Shown here: piece after piece, positions 40,312 through 52,807 of the stretch | Position numbering within the stretch: the first letter of the stretch is position 1 | Layout: each line of letters opens with the position of its first letter | DNA from: an uncultured Aliarcobacter sp. | Lineage (GTDB): Bacteria; Campylobacterota; Campylobacteria; Campylobacterales; Arcobacteraceae | Reading direction: 5' to 3' | DNA: 64,000 nt | NCBI GenBank assembly: GCA_963677435.1 | Contig: OY781945.1 | Location: 2,464,001-2,528,000, forward strand | Notes under the pieces: generated by a model | Told to the model about the DNA's origin: nothing | What the model saw: the letters and a program-made list of their open reading frames with translations, nothing else | Database searches by the model: none | Translations under genes and position numbers: made by a program

Positions 40312-41835
40312 TTGTTTGAAAATAAATATATACAACAAAGAATAGAAAAAGCAGAAAAATTAAGAGAGTTAGGAATTAATCCTTATTCAAATGAAAGCTT
40401 AAGAAATTGTACGATTACAAAATATTTAAATGTAAATAGTGATATTGTAAATACTGAAGATAAAAGAGATGAGAATAGATCTTACACAGTTGCTGGAAGA
40501 ATCAAACTTTTTAGATTAATGGGAAAAGCCTCTTTTTTAAAAATCGAAGATGAGAGTGGAATTCTTCAAATATATCTTTCAAGAGATCATTTACCAGAAG
40601 GTTTTTATAATGATGTTTTCAAAAAGATTGTAGAAGTTGGAGACATTGTTGAAGTAACAGGATTCCCATTTGTAACTGGACATGGTGAACTTTCACTTCA
40701 TGCAAATGATTTAAGAATACTTACAAAAGCTATTTCACCACTTCCTGAGAAATACCATGGTATTCAAGATAAAGAGTTAAGATATAGACAAAGATATTTA
40801 GATTTAATTATGAATTCTGAAGTGCGAAAAACTTTCCATATTAGATCAAAAGTTATAAGTTTAACTAGAAGATTTTTTGAAAATAAAGGTTTCTTAGAAG
40901 TTGAAACTCCAATGATGCATCCAATCGCAGGTGGAGCAAATGCTAAACCATTTGTTACTCACCACAATGCTTTAGGGATTGATAGATTTTTAAGAATTGC
41001 ACCTGAGTTATATCTAAAAAGATGTATTGTTGGTGGATTTGAAGCTGTATTTGAAATAAACAGATGTTTTAGAAATGAAGGAATGGATGCAACACATAAT
41101 CCTGAATTTACTTCAATTGAATTTTATTGGGCATATAAAACTTATAAAGATTTAATTGTTTTAACAAAAGAGTATTTTGAGTATTTATTTGAACACTTAG
41201 ACTTACCAACAGTTTTACCTTATGGAGAGTTAAAAATAGATTTTAGTAAATTTACAGAAATTCCATTAATCCAATCTTTAGTAGAAATTGGTGGAGTTCC
41301 TGCTGATATTGTTGAAGATAAAGATAAAATTATTGCTTTTATGAAAGAAAATAAACTAGAAGTAAATGCTAAAATGAATATTGGTCAACTTCAAGGTGAA
41401 TTATTTGATGAATATGTTGAAGCAAAACTAATAAATCCAACATTTATTACAGAATATCCAGTTGAAATTTCACCATTAGCAAGAAGAAATGACGAGAAAC
41501 CTCATTTAACTGATAGATTTGAATTATTTATTGCAGGAAAAGAGATAGCAAATGCCTTCTCAGAGTTAAATGACCCACTTGACCAACTTCAAAGATTCCA
41601 AGGCCAAATGGAAGCAAAAGAGTGTGGTGGAGATGATGAAGCTCATGAAATGGATGAAGACTTTGTAAATGCTTTATCTTATGGTATGGCTCCAACAGCA
41701 GGTCAAGGTATTGGTATTGATAGATTAGTAATGATGCTTACAAATGAGCACTCAATTAGAGATGTGTTACTATTCCCAGCAATGAAACCAATTAAACAAG
41801 AAATAAATCTTTATGAAGAAGAACAAGGAGAATAA
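40312..41835 (+). CDS. lysS: Lysine--tRNA ligase (class II)
   Basis: [48 protein letters not shown] start. Confidence 0.97.
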   Translation: MFENKYIQQRIEKAEKLRELGINPYSNESLRNCTITKYLNVNSDIVNTEDKRDENRSYTVAGRIKLFRLMGKASFLKIEDESGILQIYLSRDHLPEGFYNDVFKKIVEVGDIVEVTGFPFVTGHGELSLHANDLRILTKAISPLPEKYHGIQDKELRYRQRYLDLIMNSEVRKTFHIRSKVISLTRRFFENKGFLEVETPMMHPIAGGANAKPFVTHHNALGIDRFLRIAPELYLKRCIVGGFEAVFEINRCFRNEGMDATHNPEFTSIEFYWAYKTYKDLIVLTKEYFEYLFEHLDLPTVLPYGELKIDFSKFTEIPLIQSLVEIGGVPADIVEDKDKIIAFMKENKLEVNAKMNIGQLQGELFDEYVEAKLINPTFITEYPVEISPLARRNDEKPHLTDRFELFIAGKEIANAFSELNDPLDQLQRFQGQMEAKECGGDDEAHEMDEDFVNALSYGMAPTAGQGIGIDRLVMMLTNEHSIRDVLLFPAMKPIKQEINLYEEEQGE

Positions 41836-41838
41836 TCA

Positions 41839-43101
41839 ATGAATTACATAACAAACGCAACGCTAGAACAAGCAGATAAAGAAGTATTTGACATAATCGA
41901 AAACGAATTAAAAAGACAAACAAATCACTTAGAGATGATTGCAAGTGAAAACTTTACAAGTCCAGCTGTTATGCAAGCTATGGGTTCTGTTTTTACTAAC
42001 AAATATGCTGAGGGTTATCCTTACAAAAGATATTATGGTGGTTGTGAATTTGCTGATAAAGTTGAGCAATTAGCAATTGACAGAGCTTGTGAAATCTTTG
42101 GTTGTTCATATGCTAATGTTCAACCTCATTCAGGGTCTCAAGCTAATGGTGCTGTTTATGCTGCTTTAATAAATGCTGGTGATAGAATCTTAGGTATGGA
42201 TTTATCTCATGGTGGACATTTAACTCATGGATCAAAACCAAGTTTTTCTGGTAAAAACTATTCTGCATTTTATTATGGTGTTGAACTTGATGGTAGAATC
42301 AATTATGATAAAGTTATGGAAATTGCAAAAGTTTGTCAACCAAAAATCATTGTTTGTGGTGCTAGTGCATATGCAAGAGAGATTGACTTTGCTAAATTCA
42401 GAGAAATAGCTGATAGCGTTGGTGCTATTTTATTTGCTGATATTGCACATATTGCAGGTCTTGTTGCTGCTGGTGAGCATCCAAATCCTTTCCCTTATGC
42501 AGATGTTGTAACAACTACTACTCATAAGACTCTAAGAGGTCCAAGAGGTGGAATGATTCTTACAAATGATGAAGATATTGCTAAAAAAATTAATAGTGCA
42601 ATTTTCCCAGGAATTCAAGGTGGACCACTTGTTCATGTAATTGCTGCAAAAGCAGTAGCATTTAAAGAGATTTTAGACCCAAAATGGAAAGATTATGCAA
42701 AACAAGTAAAAGCAAATGCTAAAATACTTGGAGAAGTTCTAATGAAAAGAGGATATGATTTAGTTTCAGGTGGAACAGATAATCACTTAGTATTAGTAAG
42801 TTTTTTAAATAAACCGTTCAGTGGTAAAGATGCAGATGCAGCTTTAGGAAATGCAGGAATTACAGTAAATAAAAATACAGTTCCAGGTGAGACAAGAAGT
42901 CCATTTGTAACAAGTGGTATAAGAATTGGGTCTCCTGCATTAACAGCACGAGGAATGAAAGAGAAAGAGTTTGAAATAATTGCAAATAAAATTTGTGATG
43001 TATTAGATAATATTGAAGATACAGCTCTTCATGCAAAAATAAATAAAGAATTAGAAGAATTAGCTGGGAATTTTGTGATTTACAATCAATCAACTTTCTA
43101 G
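41839..43101 (+). CDS. glyA: Serine hydroxymethyltransferase
   Basis: [35 protein letters not shown]. Confidence 0.97.
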   Translation: MNYITNATLEQADKEVFDIIENELKRQTNHLEMIASENFTSPAVMQAMGSVFTNKYAEGYPYKRYYGGCEFADKVEQLAIDRACEIFGCSYANVQPHSGSQANGAVYAALINAGDRILGMDLSHGGHLTHGSKPSFSGKNYSAFYYGVELDGRINYDKVMEIAKVCQPKIIVCGASAYAREIDFAKFREIADSVGAILFADIAHIAGLVAAGEHPNPFPYADVVTTTTHKTLRGPRGGMILTNDEDIAKKINSAIFPGIQGGPLVHVIAAKAVAFKEILDPKWKDYAKQVKANAKILGEVLMKRGYDLVSGGTDNHLVLVSFLNKPFSGKDADAALGNAGITVNKNTVPGETRSPFVTSGIRIGSPALTARGMKEKEFEIIANKICDVLDNIEDTALHAKINKELEELAGNFVIYNQSTF

Positions 43102-43126
43102 TCTCTTTTTTATATAAGGATAAGTT

Positions 43127-44101
43127 ATGCAGATAAAAGGTGATGAGTTTATAAAAAAAGTTCAAATTCAACAAGAAAGAGAAGAATTAGAACGGAAGTT
43201 AAATGAACTTGAAGAAGTAGAAATGTCAATTAATAATGACTCTGTTATTTTGGAAAGAAATGATAATATAGATCAAAATGAACATGAGCTTGATAATATA
43301 ATGCTTGGTTCATCTAATAATTTTAATGAGGATAATAAGAAAAAATACCTAATTTTAGGTATTGTTCTTGTGGTTTTATTTTTATTAACAATAATTATTA
43401 TTCGCCTTTTAACTAATGATGCACCAAAAGAAGATCAATTTACATCTAATGGTGCAAACTCAACAGAGATGAAAAAATTATCTGAAAATGATAATATTGA
43501 AGAGAATTTTCAAAAGATCATTAATGAAAGAGTAAAAAAAGATACAAATGAACCAATGGTACCAGAAGTTCAAGGAACAACTCCAAGTCAAACACAAGAT
43601 AATACAAAAACTGAAGACAATACTAATTTACAAGCTTTTGAAAATTTACAAAAAGAAGCAGAAAACTATTCTCCTTCAAAAGGAATTTCAGATGAAGCAA
43701 TTGATCAAACTATAAAGAAAGTTGAGAAAAGTAAATCTACTACAAGAGAAAAAACGCCTGTAGTACAAAAAGAAGAGATTGTTCAAAAAAGAGTTGAAAC
43801 AAAAAAATCTTCAGTAAAAGATTTAGTTGATACACCATCAAGCAATAACTCATCTTCAAGCAGTATTTCAAGTGGATATTTTATACAAATTGGTGCATTT
43901 ACAAAAAAACCATCTGATAGTTATATTAATACTATTAGAACTGAAAAATTTAAATATAAAATATATCAAGATGTTGTAAAAGGAATCTCTTACAATAAAG
44001 TATTAATTGGACCTTATTCATCAAGAGCAGCAGCTAGTGAAGAGATGAATGATGTAAAACAAAAACTAAATGTAACAAGTGCATTTGTAGTTAAATTTTA
44101 A
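43127..44101 (+). CDS. Bitopic SPOR-domain cell-division protein (DedD/FtsN-like)
   Basis: Single TM, low-complexity linker, C-terminal YFIQIGAF...KVLIGPY...AFVV. Confidence 0.85.
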   Translation: MQIKGDEFIKKVQIQQEREELERKLNELEEVEMSINNDSVILERNDNIDQNEHELDNIMLGSSNNFNEDNKKKYLILGIVLVVLFLLTIIIIRLLTNDAPKEDQFTSNGANSTEMKKLSENDNIEENFQKIINERVKKDTNEPMVPEVQGTTPSQTQDNTKTEDNTNLQAFENLQKEAENYSPSKGISDEAIDQTIKKVEKSKSTTREKTPVVQKEEIVQKRVETKKSSVKDLVDTPSSNNSSSSSISSGYFIQIGAFTKKPSDSYINTIRTEKFKYKIYQDVVKGISYNKVLIGPYSSRAAASEEMNDVKQKLNVTSAFVVKF

Positions 44102-44116
44102 AAAAAGTAGATATTA

Positions 44117-45526
44117 ATGAATTTTTATAGTAAAGAGCTATTTTTAGACCAGTTTACACCTGTTTCAATATATGAAAAAGTTAAAAAATTATATGAAAAT
44201 GAAATAACATTTTTATATGAAAGTACAATTAATTCAAGTACAGGGAATCATTCTTATATAGTTATTGGAGATAGAGAAAGAGTTTGGTATGAAAATGGAA
44301 CTTGTTTTTATAAAAATGAAAAACAAGAAGTCTTAGAAGTAGATTCAAATCCTTTGTTTTTTTTAAAAAAATATTATAAAAATTTTGATAAAGAATTTTA
44401 TAAAAACAAATCTTTAGAATTAGGAATTGGTCTAATTGATGGATTTATTGGAAATGTTGGTTATGACATAGGAAAAGAGTTTGAACCAAAACTAAAAAAA
44501 TCAATGAGTTCTTTAGTTGATCAACTACATATTCCTGATTTAGATTTAATAAGACCTAAAATAGTTTTAGGTTTTTCACATAAAACTTCAAAATTAGTAA
44601 TTGTAACTTCAATGCCTGAAAAAGAAAAAGATTTAGAATTAATAGAAAAAGAACTTCTTACTAGCTATGAATTTACGCCTTTGAAAAAAGCTACTTTACT
44701 TGATGAAGGAAAATTTAACTTCTCAAAAGAAGATTTTTTCGAAACAATTAAAAAAGCTAAAGAAAAAATAAAAGCTGGAGATATTTTCCAGATTTTAATT
44801 TCAAATAGATTTATTCAAAAAGCTGTTGTTGATCATCTAAGTTTTTATAGAGCACTAAGAAGTAAAAATCCTAGTCCTTATTTATTTTTACTTCAATTTG
44901 AAAAATTCACAATTGCAGGAAGTTCTCCTGAAGTTATGATTAGATTAATTGATGGACATCTTCTTTTAAGACCAATTGCTGGAACTAGAAAAAGAGGTCG
45001 AACTTTAGAAAAAGACCTTGAGATGGAAAATGAACTAATCAATGATATTAAAGAGCGAGCTGAACACTTAATGCTTGTAGATTTAGGTAGAAATGATGTT
45101 GGAAGAGTAGCTCGACCTGGAACTGTAAAAGTTACAGATTTAATGAGAATTGAAAAATATTCACATGTTATGCATATTGTTTCAGATGTGGAAGCAATCA
45201 TTGATGATAAATATGATATGTTTGATTTATTTATGGCAACTTTCACAGCAGGAACAATGACAGGAGCTCCAAAAATTAGAGCAATGGAATTAATCGCTGA
45301 ATTTGAAGGAATAAAAAGAAACTTCTATTCTGGAAGTATTGCTTATTTTGGTTTTGATGGTAATATGGATAGTGCAATTACAATTAGAACTACAATGCTT
45401 ACAGCTGATACTGTAATCTTCCAAGCAGGAGCTGGTGTTGTTGCTGATTCTAATCCTGATGATGAATACTTAGAAGTTCATAATAAACTAGCAGCAAACA
45501 TTTCTACATTAAAAGATTTATTTTAA
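44117..45526 (+). CDS. trpE: Anthranilate synthase component I (chorismate-binding family; PabB not excluded)
   Basis: FLYES, GDIFQ, NPSPY, SSPE, PIAGTRKRG, EHLMLVDLGRND, GTMTGAPK, QAGAGVVADS. Confidence 0.85.
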   Translation: MNFYSKELFLDQFTPVSIYEKVKKLYENEITFLYESTINSSTGNHSYIVIGDRERVWYENGTCFYKNEKQEVLEVDSNPLFFLKKYYKNFDKEFYKNKSLELGIGLIDGFIGNVGYDIGKEFEPKLKKSMSSLVDQLHIPDLDLIRPKIVLGFSHKTSKLVIVTSMPEKEKDLELIEKELLTSYEFTPLKKATLLDEGKFNFSKEDFFETIKKAKEKIKAGDIFQILISNRFIQKAVVDHLSFYRALRSKNPSPYLFLLQFEKFTIAGSSPEVMIRLIDGHLLLRPIAGTRKRGRTLEKDLEMENELINDIKERAEHLMLVDLGRNDVGRVARPGTVKVTDLMRIEKYSHVMHIVSDVEAIIDDKYDMFDLFMATFTAGTMTGAPKIRAMELIAEFEGIKRNFYSGSIAYFGFDGNMDSAITIRTTMLTADTVIFQAGAGVVADSNPDDEYLEVHNKLAANISTLKDLF

Positions 45527-45553
45527 TCACAAACTCCCTCAAAGACTTCTTTA

Positions 45554-45596
45554 TTTAATATTGGCTATTATTTCATAGAAAAAAGCCAATATTAAA
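45554..45596 (+). terminator. 13-bp inverted repeat between trpE and pdxJ (terminator or regulatory hairpin)
   Basis: TTTAATATTGGCT-N17-AGCCAATATTAAA; overlaps a gcTATTAT -10-like box and the start of the AAAGGA ribosome-binding site of pdxJ. Confidence 0.5.
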
Positions 45597-45605
45597 GGAT
45601 TCAAA

Positions 45606-46391
45606 TTGTTACTTGGTGTAAATATTGATCACATCGCAGTTTTGCGAGAAGCTAGAAAAATAAATGATCCAAATCCTCTTGATGCACTTAGTATTTGCAA
45701 ACTTGCAGGTGCAGATCAAATTACTATTCATTTAAGAGAAGACAGAAGACATATTCATGATAATGACGCTATTGCAATTATTAAACAATCATCACTTCCA
45801 ATTAATTTAGAATGTTCTATAAACAGTGATATTATTGATATTGTTTGTAAATTGAAACCAGCTCGAGCAACACTTGTTCCTGAAAACAGAAATGAAGTTA
45901 CAACTGAGGGTGGACTTGATGTAAAAGGAAATTATGAAAAACTTCAAAAGGTAATAGATAAACTTCATGAAAATGAGATTGAAGTTTCTCTGTTTATTGA
46001 TCCAAATGAAGAGATAATTGAACTTTCAAGCCAACTAGAAGTTGAATTTATAGAACTTCACACTGGAACTTTTGCAAATATTTATGCAATGCTTCATTCA
46101 AATTTAGCTCAAACTCACCATAGTATTAAAGAGTTAGAATTAAGTAAAAATGAGTTGAGAACTAGATTAAATAAATCTATAAAAGAGATTGAAACTTCAT
46201 CAAAATTAGCAAAAAAACTAAGTTTGAAAGTGGCAGCTGGCCATGGATTAAATTATCAAAATGTTACACTAATCTCAAAAATACCTGAAATTGAAGAACT
46301 AAATATTGGGCAAAGTATTATTGCTCGTTCTGTTTTTACTGGTCTAAAAACAGCTATAACTGATATGAAAGAGTTAATAAAAAATGACTGA
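45606..46391 (+). CDS. pdxJ: Pyridoxine 5'-phosphate synthase
   Basis: LGVNIDHIA, ITIHLREDRRHI, TTEGGLD, ELHTG, AGHGL, ELNIG; TTG start. Confidence 0.96.
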   Translation: MLLGVNIDHIAVLREARKINDPNPLDALSICKLAGADQITIHLREDRRHIHDNDAIAIIKQSSLPINLECSINSDIIDIVCKLKPARATLVPENRNEVTTEGGLDVKGNYEKLQKVIDKLHENEIEVSLFIDPNEEIIELSSQLEVEFIELHTGTFANIYAMLHSNLAQTHHSIKELELSKNELRTRLNKSIKEIETSSKLAKKLSLKVAAGHGLNYQNVTLISKIPEIEELNIGQSIIARSVFTGLKTAITDMKELIKND

Positions 46392-47319
46392 AATTAAACC
46401 AAAAATTGCAATTAGTATAGGAGATTTAAATGGTATTGGAATTGAAATAGCTTTAAAATGTCATGAAAAAATATCTAAAATTTGCTATCCAATTTATTGT
46501 ATAAATTCAAAAATGCTCAAACATGCTTGTGATGAATTAAAAATGGAAATTCCAAAAGATTTTGAAATTTTTAAAACAAAAGGTGAATTTGAAATAAAAC
46601 CAGGAACAGTTTCTAAAAAAGCAGGAAGATACTCTTATGATTCATTTATGGATGCAATAAATTTAGCTGATAAAAAAGAGGCTGATGCTGTTTGTACACT
46701 TCCAATTAATAAAGAGTCATGGAGTAAAGCTGATATTAAATACAAAGGTCATACGGAAGTATTACGGGATTATTTTGGTAAAAATGCCATTATGATGCTT
46801 GGTTGTAAAAAAATGTTTGTAGGATTATTTACAGAGCATATTCCACTTAAAAAAGTTGCAAAAAAAATAAATGAACAAGATTTAACTACTTTTTTAATTG
46901 ATTTTTATAAAAATGTGAAAAACGATAATATTGCAGTTTTAGGACTTAATCCACATGCCAGTGATAATGGTGTTTTAGGTGATGAAGAAGTTGAAATTTT
47001 TAAAGCAATAAAAAAAGCAAATAAAGCTTTAGAAAAAAATATTTTCAAAGGTCCCCTAGTTCCAGATACAGCATTTTCGCCAGTTTCAAGAAAAAACTAT
47101 AAATATTTTGTAGCTATGTATCATGATCAAGGATTAGCTCCATTAAAAGCTCTTTATTTTGACCAAAGTATAAATGTTAGTTTAAATCTTCCAATAATTA
47201 GAACTTCTGTTGACCATGGAACTGCTTTTAATATTGCATACAAAAATGAAAAAATAAACACAAAAAGTTATGTAAACGCAATAAAAGAAGCAATTATTTT
47301 AATCTCTAACAAAAAATGA
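46384..47319 (+). CDS. pdxA: 4-hydroxythreonine-4-phosphate dehydrogenase
   Basis: GDLNGIGIE, PINK, GHTE, GLNPHA, AMYHDQG, RTSVDHGTA. Confidence 0.96.
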   Translation: MTEIKPKIAISIGDLNGIGIEIALKCHEKISKICYPIYCINSKMLKHACDELKMEIPKDFEIFKTKGEFEIKPGTVSKKAGRYSYDSFMDAINLADKKEADAVCTLPINKESWSKADIKYKGHTEVLRDYFGKNAIMMLGCKKMFVGLFTEHIPLKKVAKKINEQDLTTFLIDFYKNVKNDNIAVLGLNPHASDNGVLGDEEVEIFKAIKKANKALEKNIFKGPLVPDTAFSPVSRKNYKYFVAMYHDQGLAPLKALYFDQSINVSLNLPIIRTSVDHGTAFNIAYKNEKINTKSYVNAIKEAIILISNKK

Positions 47320-48383
47320 GAACCTTAGAAGCTTGTTATGAAATTAACTTTACAAAAGTTAATTTCATGGAGCGAAAAATCAAAATTACTGAATCAAAAA
47401 CCTTAATAAGTGGCGCTTTCAAGACAGGTAAAAGTTATCTTATTTATGATTTTTTATCTACATTTAAACCAAAAGATTACCTTTATATTGATTTTTCTGA
47501 TTTAAGAAATGATGCTAATGAAGTTAGTAAAAATTTGGAAAGATTCATAAAAATGAATGAGATTTCTGTTTTAGTATTAGAAAACTTTGATTTTAGTTTT
47601 GAACTTCCACCTTGTGAAAATATTATTATTTCTACTAAAACACCAATTAGTTTAAAAGGATTTAAAAATATAATAATTTCTGCTTTAGATTTTGAAGAGT
47701 ATTTATTGCATGATAATAGACACCAAAATATCACCCAAAGTTTTAATAGTTTTCTAAAATTCGGAAATATTCCTGAATTAATAAATTATGAAGATCATAA
47801 AAAAATAAATCGTTTACAAGAGATAATTGAACTACAATGTAAAGATGAAACTCAATATGAGATTTTTAAAATCTTAATTGAAAATATAGATGAGAAGAAG
47901 TCTCTTTTTCAACTATTTAATAACTTGAAATCTAAAATCAAAATATCTAAAGATAAATTTTATGAAACTTGCAAATTATATGAAAATAATAAATCTATCT
48001 ATTTTTTACAAAAGTATAATCAAGAAAAATCTGTAAAAAAAATATATTGTTACAATCACTCTTTTTTAAATGCAATTTCACATGTAAAAAAGTTTAAAAA
48101 TGAGTTTTCAAATATGATTTTTTTAGAATTGGTAAACAAGTACAAAGATATATATTATTTAGATAATATTGATTTTTATATTAAATCAAAAAATATTGCA
48201 ATAATTCCTATTCCATTTTTTAATAGATTTTTAATGAATAATGCTCTAAAAAAGATAATAAAAAGTGCCCATGAATTTGAAATAACTGAGATTAATATCA
48301 TTTCAATTTCAAACAATGAGAAAATTTCTGATCCAAAACTAAAAATTAATATAATTCCATTTTATGAATGGGCATTAAGCTAA
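47316..48383 (+). CDS. AAA-family ATP-binding protein (AAA_14/DUF4143-like), divergent
   Basis: Walker A-like SGAFKTGKS, ALDFEEY, FLKFGNIPE, KKIY, IDFY, PFYEW. Confidence 0.7.
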   Translation: MRTLEACYEINFTKVNFMERKIKITESKTLISGAFKTGKSYLIYDFLSTFKPKDYLYIDFSDLRNDANEVSKNLERFIKMNEISVLVLENFDFSFELPPCENIIISTKTPISLKGFKNIIISALDFEEYLLHDNRHQNITQSFNSFLKFGNIPELINYEDHKKINRLQEIIELQCKDETQYEIFKILIENIDEKKSLFQLFNNLKSKIKISKDKFYETCKLYENNKSIYFLQKYNQEKSVKKIYCYNHSFLNAISHVKKFKNEFSNMIFLELVNKYKDIYYLDNIDFYIKSKNIAIIPIPFFNRFLMNNALKKIIKSAHEFEITEINIISISNNEKISDPKLKINIIPFYEWALS

Positions 48384-49145
<762 letters not shown>

Positions 49146-49176
49146 TATTAAATTAATACCAAAAGGAATAGTTTAC

Positions 49177-49392
49177 ATGAGATTAGAAGAAAGAATATCA
49201 AAAGCTTTAAAACAAGTAGATAATGACAGATATATTTTAGCAATTGCTGTTGGTCAAAGAGCTGACGAATTAAGTAAAGGTGCTAAGCCATTATTAGAGC
49301 AAAATACTCAAAAAATGAAATACACAGATATTGCAATTGATGAAATCGCAAGTGGTTTATTAAGAATCGAAGGTTTTGTAGACAAAAAATAG
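49177..49392 (+). CDS. rpoZ: RNA polymerase omega subunit
   Basis: DRYILAIAVGQRA...IAIDEIA; lies between pyrH and spoT. Confidence 0.92.
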   Translation: MRLEERISKALKQVDNDRYILAIAVGQRADELSKGAKPLLEQNTQKMKYTDIAIDEIASGLLRIEGFVDKK

Positions 49393-49429
49393 AGATAAGT
49401 TTGAAAACTTACCTCTAGGTCTTAATTAT

Positions 49430-51574
49430 ATGGATCCATTTATCAAAGAAATTCAACAAATAAACACTGTTGAAGATGCAATTAACAAACTTAATACTCA
49501 AACAGAAATATCTCCAAAACTCAATGATATAATTAACTTTATTATAGAGGCCCATGAAGGTCAATATAGAAAAAGTGGAGAACCATATTGTGTTCATCCG
49601 ATATTAGTAGCTTCAATTACTGCACATTTTTCAAAAGATGAAGCAATAATAGCAACGGCCTTATTACATGATGTAGTAGAAGATACAAAATACTCTTTAG
49701 ATTATATAAAAGAAACATGGGGAAATGACATTGCTCATATGGTTGATGGTTTAACTAAAATTGTTGAAATCAGAGAACATGAATTTATTTCATCAAATGA
49801 TGCAAGTGATTCAAAAATAATATCTTCAGCATTAACTTTTAGAAAAATGCTAATTGCTTCAATTGATGATGTTAGAGTTTTAATTGTTAAACTATGTGAC
49901 AGATTACATAATATGTTAACATTAAGTGTTCTACCAGCTAATAAACAAAAAAGAATCGCAGAAGAGACTCTTGTTGTTTATGTTCCAATTGCAAATAGAT
50001 TAGGGATATCAACTTTAAAAAATACCTTAGAAGATTTGGCATTTTTCTATATTTATCCAAATGAATATATAAAAATCGACAACTTTTTAAAAGAACAACA
50101 ACATGCAATGCAGTTGACTTTTAATACATTTATATCAACAACAAAAAATCTATTAGAGAAAAATGGTTATGATTTAAGTAAAATTAAAATTTATAGCCGT
50201 ATTAAACATCATTATTCAATTTATCTAAAAATGCAAAGAAAAGGAATATCTATTGAAGAAGTTCTAGATTTATTTGCAATTAGAATTTTAGTTGAAGATG
50301 ATATAGATTGTTACAAAGTTCTAGGATATATGCACTTAGAATTTAAACCTTTGATTTCAAGATTTAAAGATTATGTTGCAACTCCAAAAGAAAATGGTTA
50401 TCAAACAATTCATACAACTGTTTTTTACAATTCAAAAATTTATGAAATTCAAATAAGATCTTTTGAAATGAATAAAATTGCAGAATTTGGAATTGCTGCA
50501 CACTGGAAATATAAAACAGGTGTAAAAAATACAACAAATCTTAATTGGTTAAAATCTTTAGAGTTTTCAAATGAAAATGTTGAAGAATTTTATCAAGATG
50601 CAAAAGATAATTTATATACACAAGAAATGATAATTTATTCACCAAAAGGTGAAGTTTTCACTCTTCCTGTTGGCTCAACTGCTTATGATTTTGCATTTGC
50701 AGTTCACACTAATATTGGTAAGCGTGCAGTTTCATGTTATATTAATAAAATAAAAAAACCTCTTTTAACTGAATTAAAAAGTACTGATATTGTTTCAATA
50801 GAATTAGGTGCAGATACAGTTGTTAGATGTTCTTGGATGGATATGGTAAAAACTTCAAGAGCAAAGAAACAGATTAAATTATTGTGTGCACATAGACAAA
50901 AAGAGATAGATGAATTATCAGGAAAAAACATTATAAATACAGTATTTTCAAGATATTCAGATGAAATTACAAAAATTTATCCAATTGAATCACCATTTAA
51001 AATACCTCAAATTTTAGATTTTTTCAAACATACAAAACAAACTATAGAGAAAAAAATCATTAGTCATAAAGGTTTAATGACAAGATTTAAAATTTTTACT
51101 AGTAAAATTAAAGAATCTAAGTTTGATAATATTCTAATATATTCAAATTTCAGTATAAGTTCTGTATCATTTGACCATTGTTGTCATCCAAAGTTTGGAG
51201 ATGATATTGTTGCGTTTAAAAATGGAAATGAAGCTATAATTCATCACAAAATGTGTGATAAAGCCTACGATAAAATTAAAACAAATCAACAAATGCTTTT
51301 TTGTAAGTGGACAAAAGATACAGTTTATCAATACAAAATGGTAATAAGTATTCCAAATACAAAAGGTGAATTAGCAAAAGTATTAACATATATGGCAGGT
51401 TATGAGTTTTATATATTAGGTGTGGAATTTGGAAGACAAATGCACTCATATATACAATATTGTTATATTGAATTTGAAATAAATAAATCAAATATAGATG
51501 AAGTTAGAAAAATAATAGAAAAAAAAGTAAAAGTTATAGAATTTTATTCAAAAAAAGATGCTTATAACAAATAA
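49430..51574 (+). CDS. spoT: Bifunctional (p)ppGpp synthetase/hydrolase
   Basis: AHEGQYRKSGEPY, LLHDVVED, DRLHN, RFKDY, NGYQTIHT, GIAAHWKYK, TGS and ACT domains. Confidence 0.96.
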   Translation: MDPFIKEIQQINTVEDAINKLNTQTEISPKLNDIINFIIEAHEGQYRKSGEPYCVHPILVASITAHFSKDEAIIATALLHDVVEDTKYSLDYIKETWGNDIAHMVDGLTKIVEIREHEFISSNDASDSKIISSALTFRKMLIASIDDVRVLIVKLCDRLHNMLTLSVLPANKQKRIAEETLVVYVPIANRLGISTLKNTLEDLAFFYIYPNEYIKIDNFLKEQQHAMQLTFNTFISTTKNLLEKNGYDLSKIKIYSRIKHHYSIYLKMQRKGISIEEVLDLFAIRILVEDDIDCYKVLGYMHLEFKPLISRFKDYVATPKENGYQTIHTTVFYNSKIYEIQIRSFEMNKIAEFGIAAHWKYKTGVKNTTNLNWLKSLEFSNENVEEFYQDAKDNLYTQEMIIYSPKGEVFTLPVGSTAYDFAFAVHTNIGKRAVSCYINKIKKPLLTELKSTDIVSIELGADTVVRCSWMDMVKTSRAKKQIKLLCAHRQKEIDELSGKNIINTVFSRYSDEITKIYPIESPFKIPQILDFFKHTKQTIEKKIISHKGLMTRFKIFTSKIKESKFDNILIYSNFSISSVSFDHCCHPKFGDDIVAFKNGNEAIIHHKMCDKAYDKIKTNQQMLFCKWTKDTVYQYKMVISIPNTKGELAKVLTYMAGYEFYILGVEFGRQMHSYIQYCYIEFEINKSNIDEVRKIIEKKVKVIEFYSKKDAYNK

Positions 51575-51587
51575 AGGGTAAAAATTA

Positions 51588-52796
51588 ATGGAAAAAAAAG
51601 TTCAAGAGGCATTAGAAGAGATAAAAAGAGGAACCTCTGAAATTATCGACATTGAAGCAATAGAAAAACTTGTTAAAAGATATTTTGAAACTGGTGAAAA
51701 TTTTTATGTAAAAGCTGGATTTGATCCAACTGCTCCTGATTTACATTTAGGTCACACAGTTCTTATTCAAAAACTTGCAACTTTTCAAAAGTTTGGAGGA
51801 ATTGTTCAATTTTTAATTGGAGATTTCACAGCAACTATTGGAGATCCAACAGGTAAAAGTGAAACAAGAAAAGTTTTAACTGAAGATGATGTTCAAAAAA
51901 ATGCAGTTTCATATAAAGAACAAGTTTTCAAAATATTAGATGAATCAAAAACACAAGTTATGTTTAATTCAGCTTGGTTAAAAGAGTTAGGAACGGGTGG
52001 ATTAATTTCATTGGCTTCAAACTTAACGGTTGCTAGAATGTTAGAACGAGATGATTTTTCAAAAAGATATGCATCAAATACTCCAATTGCTTTAAGTGAA
52101 TTTACTTATCCTTTATTACAAGGTTATGATTCAGTTGCTATGAATACAGATATAGAGCTTGGTGGAACAGACCAAAAATTCAACCTTTTAATGGGAAGAA
52201 CTTTACAAAAAGCATATAACTGTAAAAAACAACAAGCAGTTTTAATGATGCCAATTCTAGAAGGTTTAGATGGTGTTCAAAAAATGTCTAAATCATTAGG
52301 TAATTATATTGGTGTTACAGATGAATCTTTTGATATGTTTGGAAAAATTCTATCAATTTCAGATGAATTAATGTGGAGATATTTTGAATTATTATCATCA
52401 AAATCTTTAAAAGAGATTGATGAAATTAAAGAAGGTGTAAAAAATGAAACTTTACATCCTAAAAAAGTAAAAGAATCTCTTGCTATGGAAATTGTTGAAA
52501 GATTTCATGGTAATGGTGAAGGGCAAAAAGCTAAAGAAGAATTCGAAAGAGTATTTGCAAAAAAAGATATCCCAACAGATATGCCTGAATTTACATTTGA
52601 GGCTCCTATTTGGATTTGCCAAGCTTTAGTTGATAGTAAATTAGTTGAGTCAACTTCACAAGCAAGAAGAGATATAAAAGCAAATGCGGTGTCAATTAAT
52701 CAAGAAAAAATAGATGATGATAAATTAAATCTACAAAATGGTGAATATATTTTACAAAAAGGTAAAAAAAATTTCGCTAAGATAGTAATAAAATAG
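51588..52796 (+). CDS. tyrS: Tyrosine--tRNA ligase
   Basis: [32 protein letters not shown]-terminal S4 domain. Confidence 0.97.
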   Translation: MEKKVQEALEEIKRGTSEIIDIEAIEKLVKRYFETGENFYVKAGFDPTAPDLHLGHTVLIQKLATFQKFGGIVQFLIGDFTATIGDPTGKSETRKVLTEDDVQKNAVSYKEQVFKILDESKTQVMFNSAWLKELGTGGLISLASNLTVARMLERDDFSKRYASNTPIALSEFTYPLLQGYDSVAMNTDIELGGTDQKFNLLMGRTLQKAYNCKKQQAVLMMPILEGLDGVQKMSKSLGNYIGVTDESFDMFGKILSISDELMWRYFELLSSKSLKEIDEIKEGVKNETLHPKKVKESLAMEIVERFHGNGEGQKAKEEFERVFAKKDIPTDMPEFTFEAPIWICQALVDSKLVESTSQARRDIKANAVSINQEKIDDDKLNLQNGEYILQKGKKNFAKIVIK

Positions 52797-52807
52797 AAAG
52801 GCTAGTT

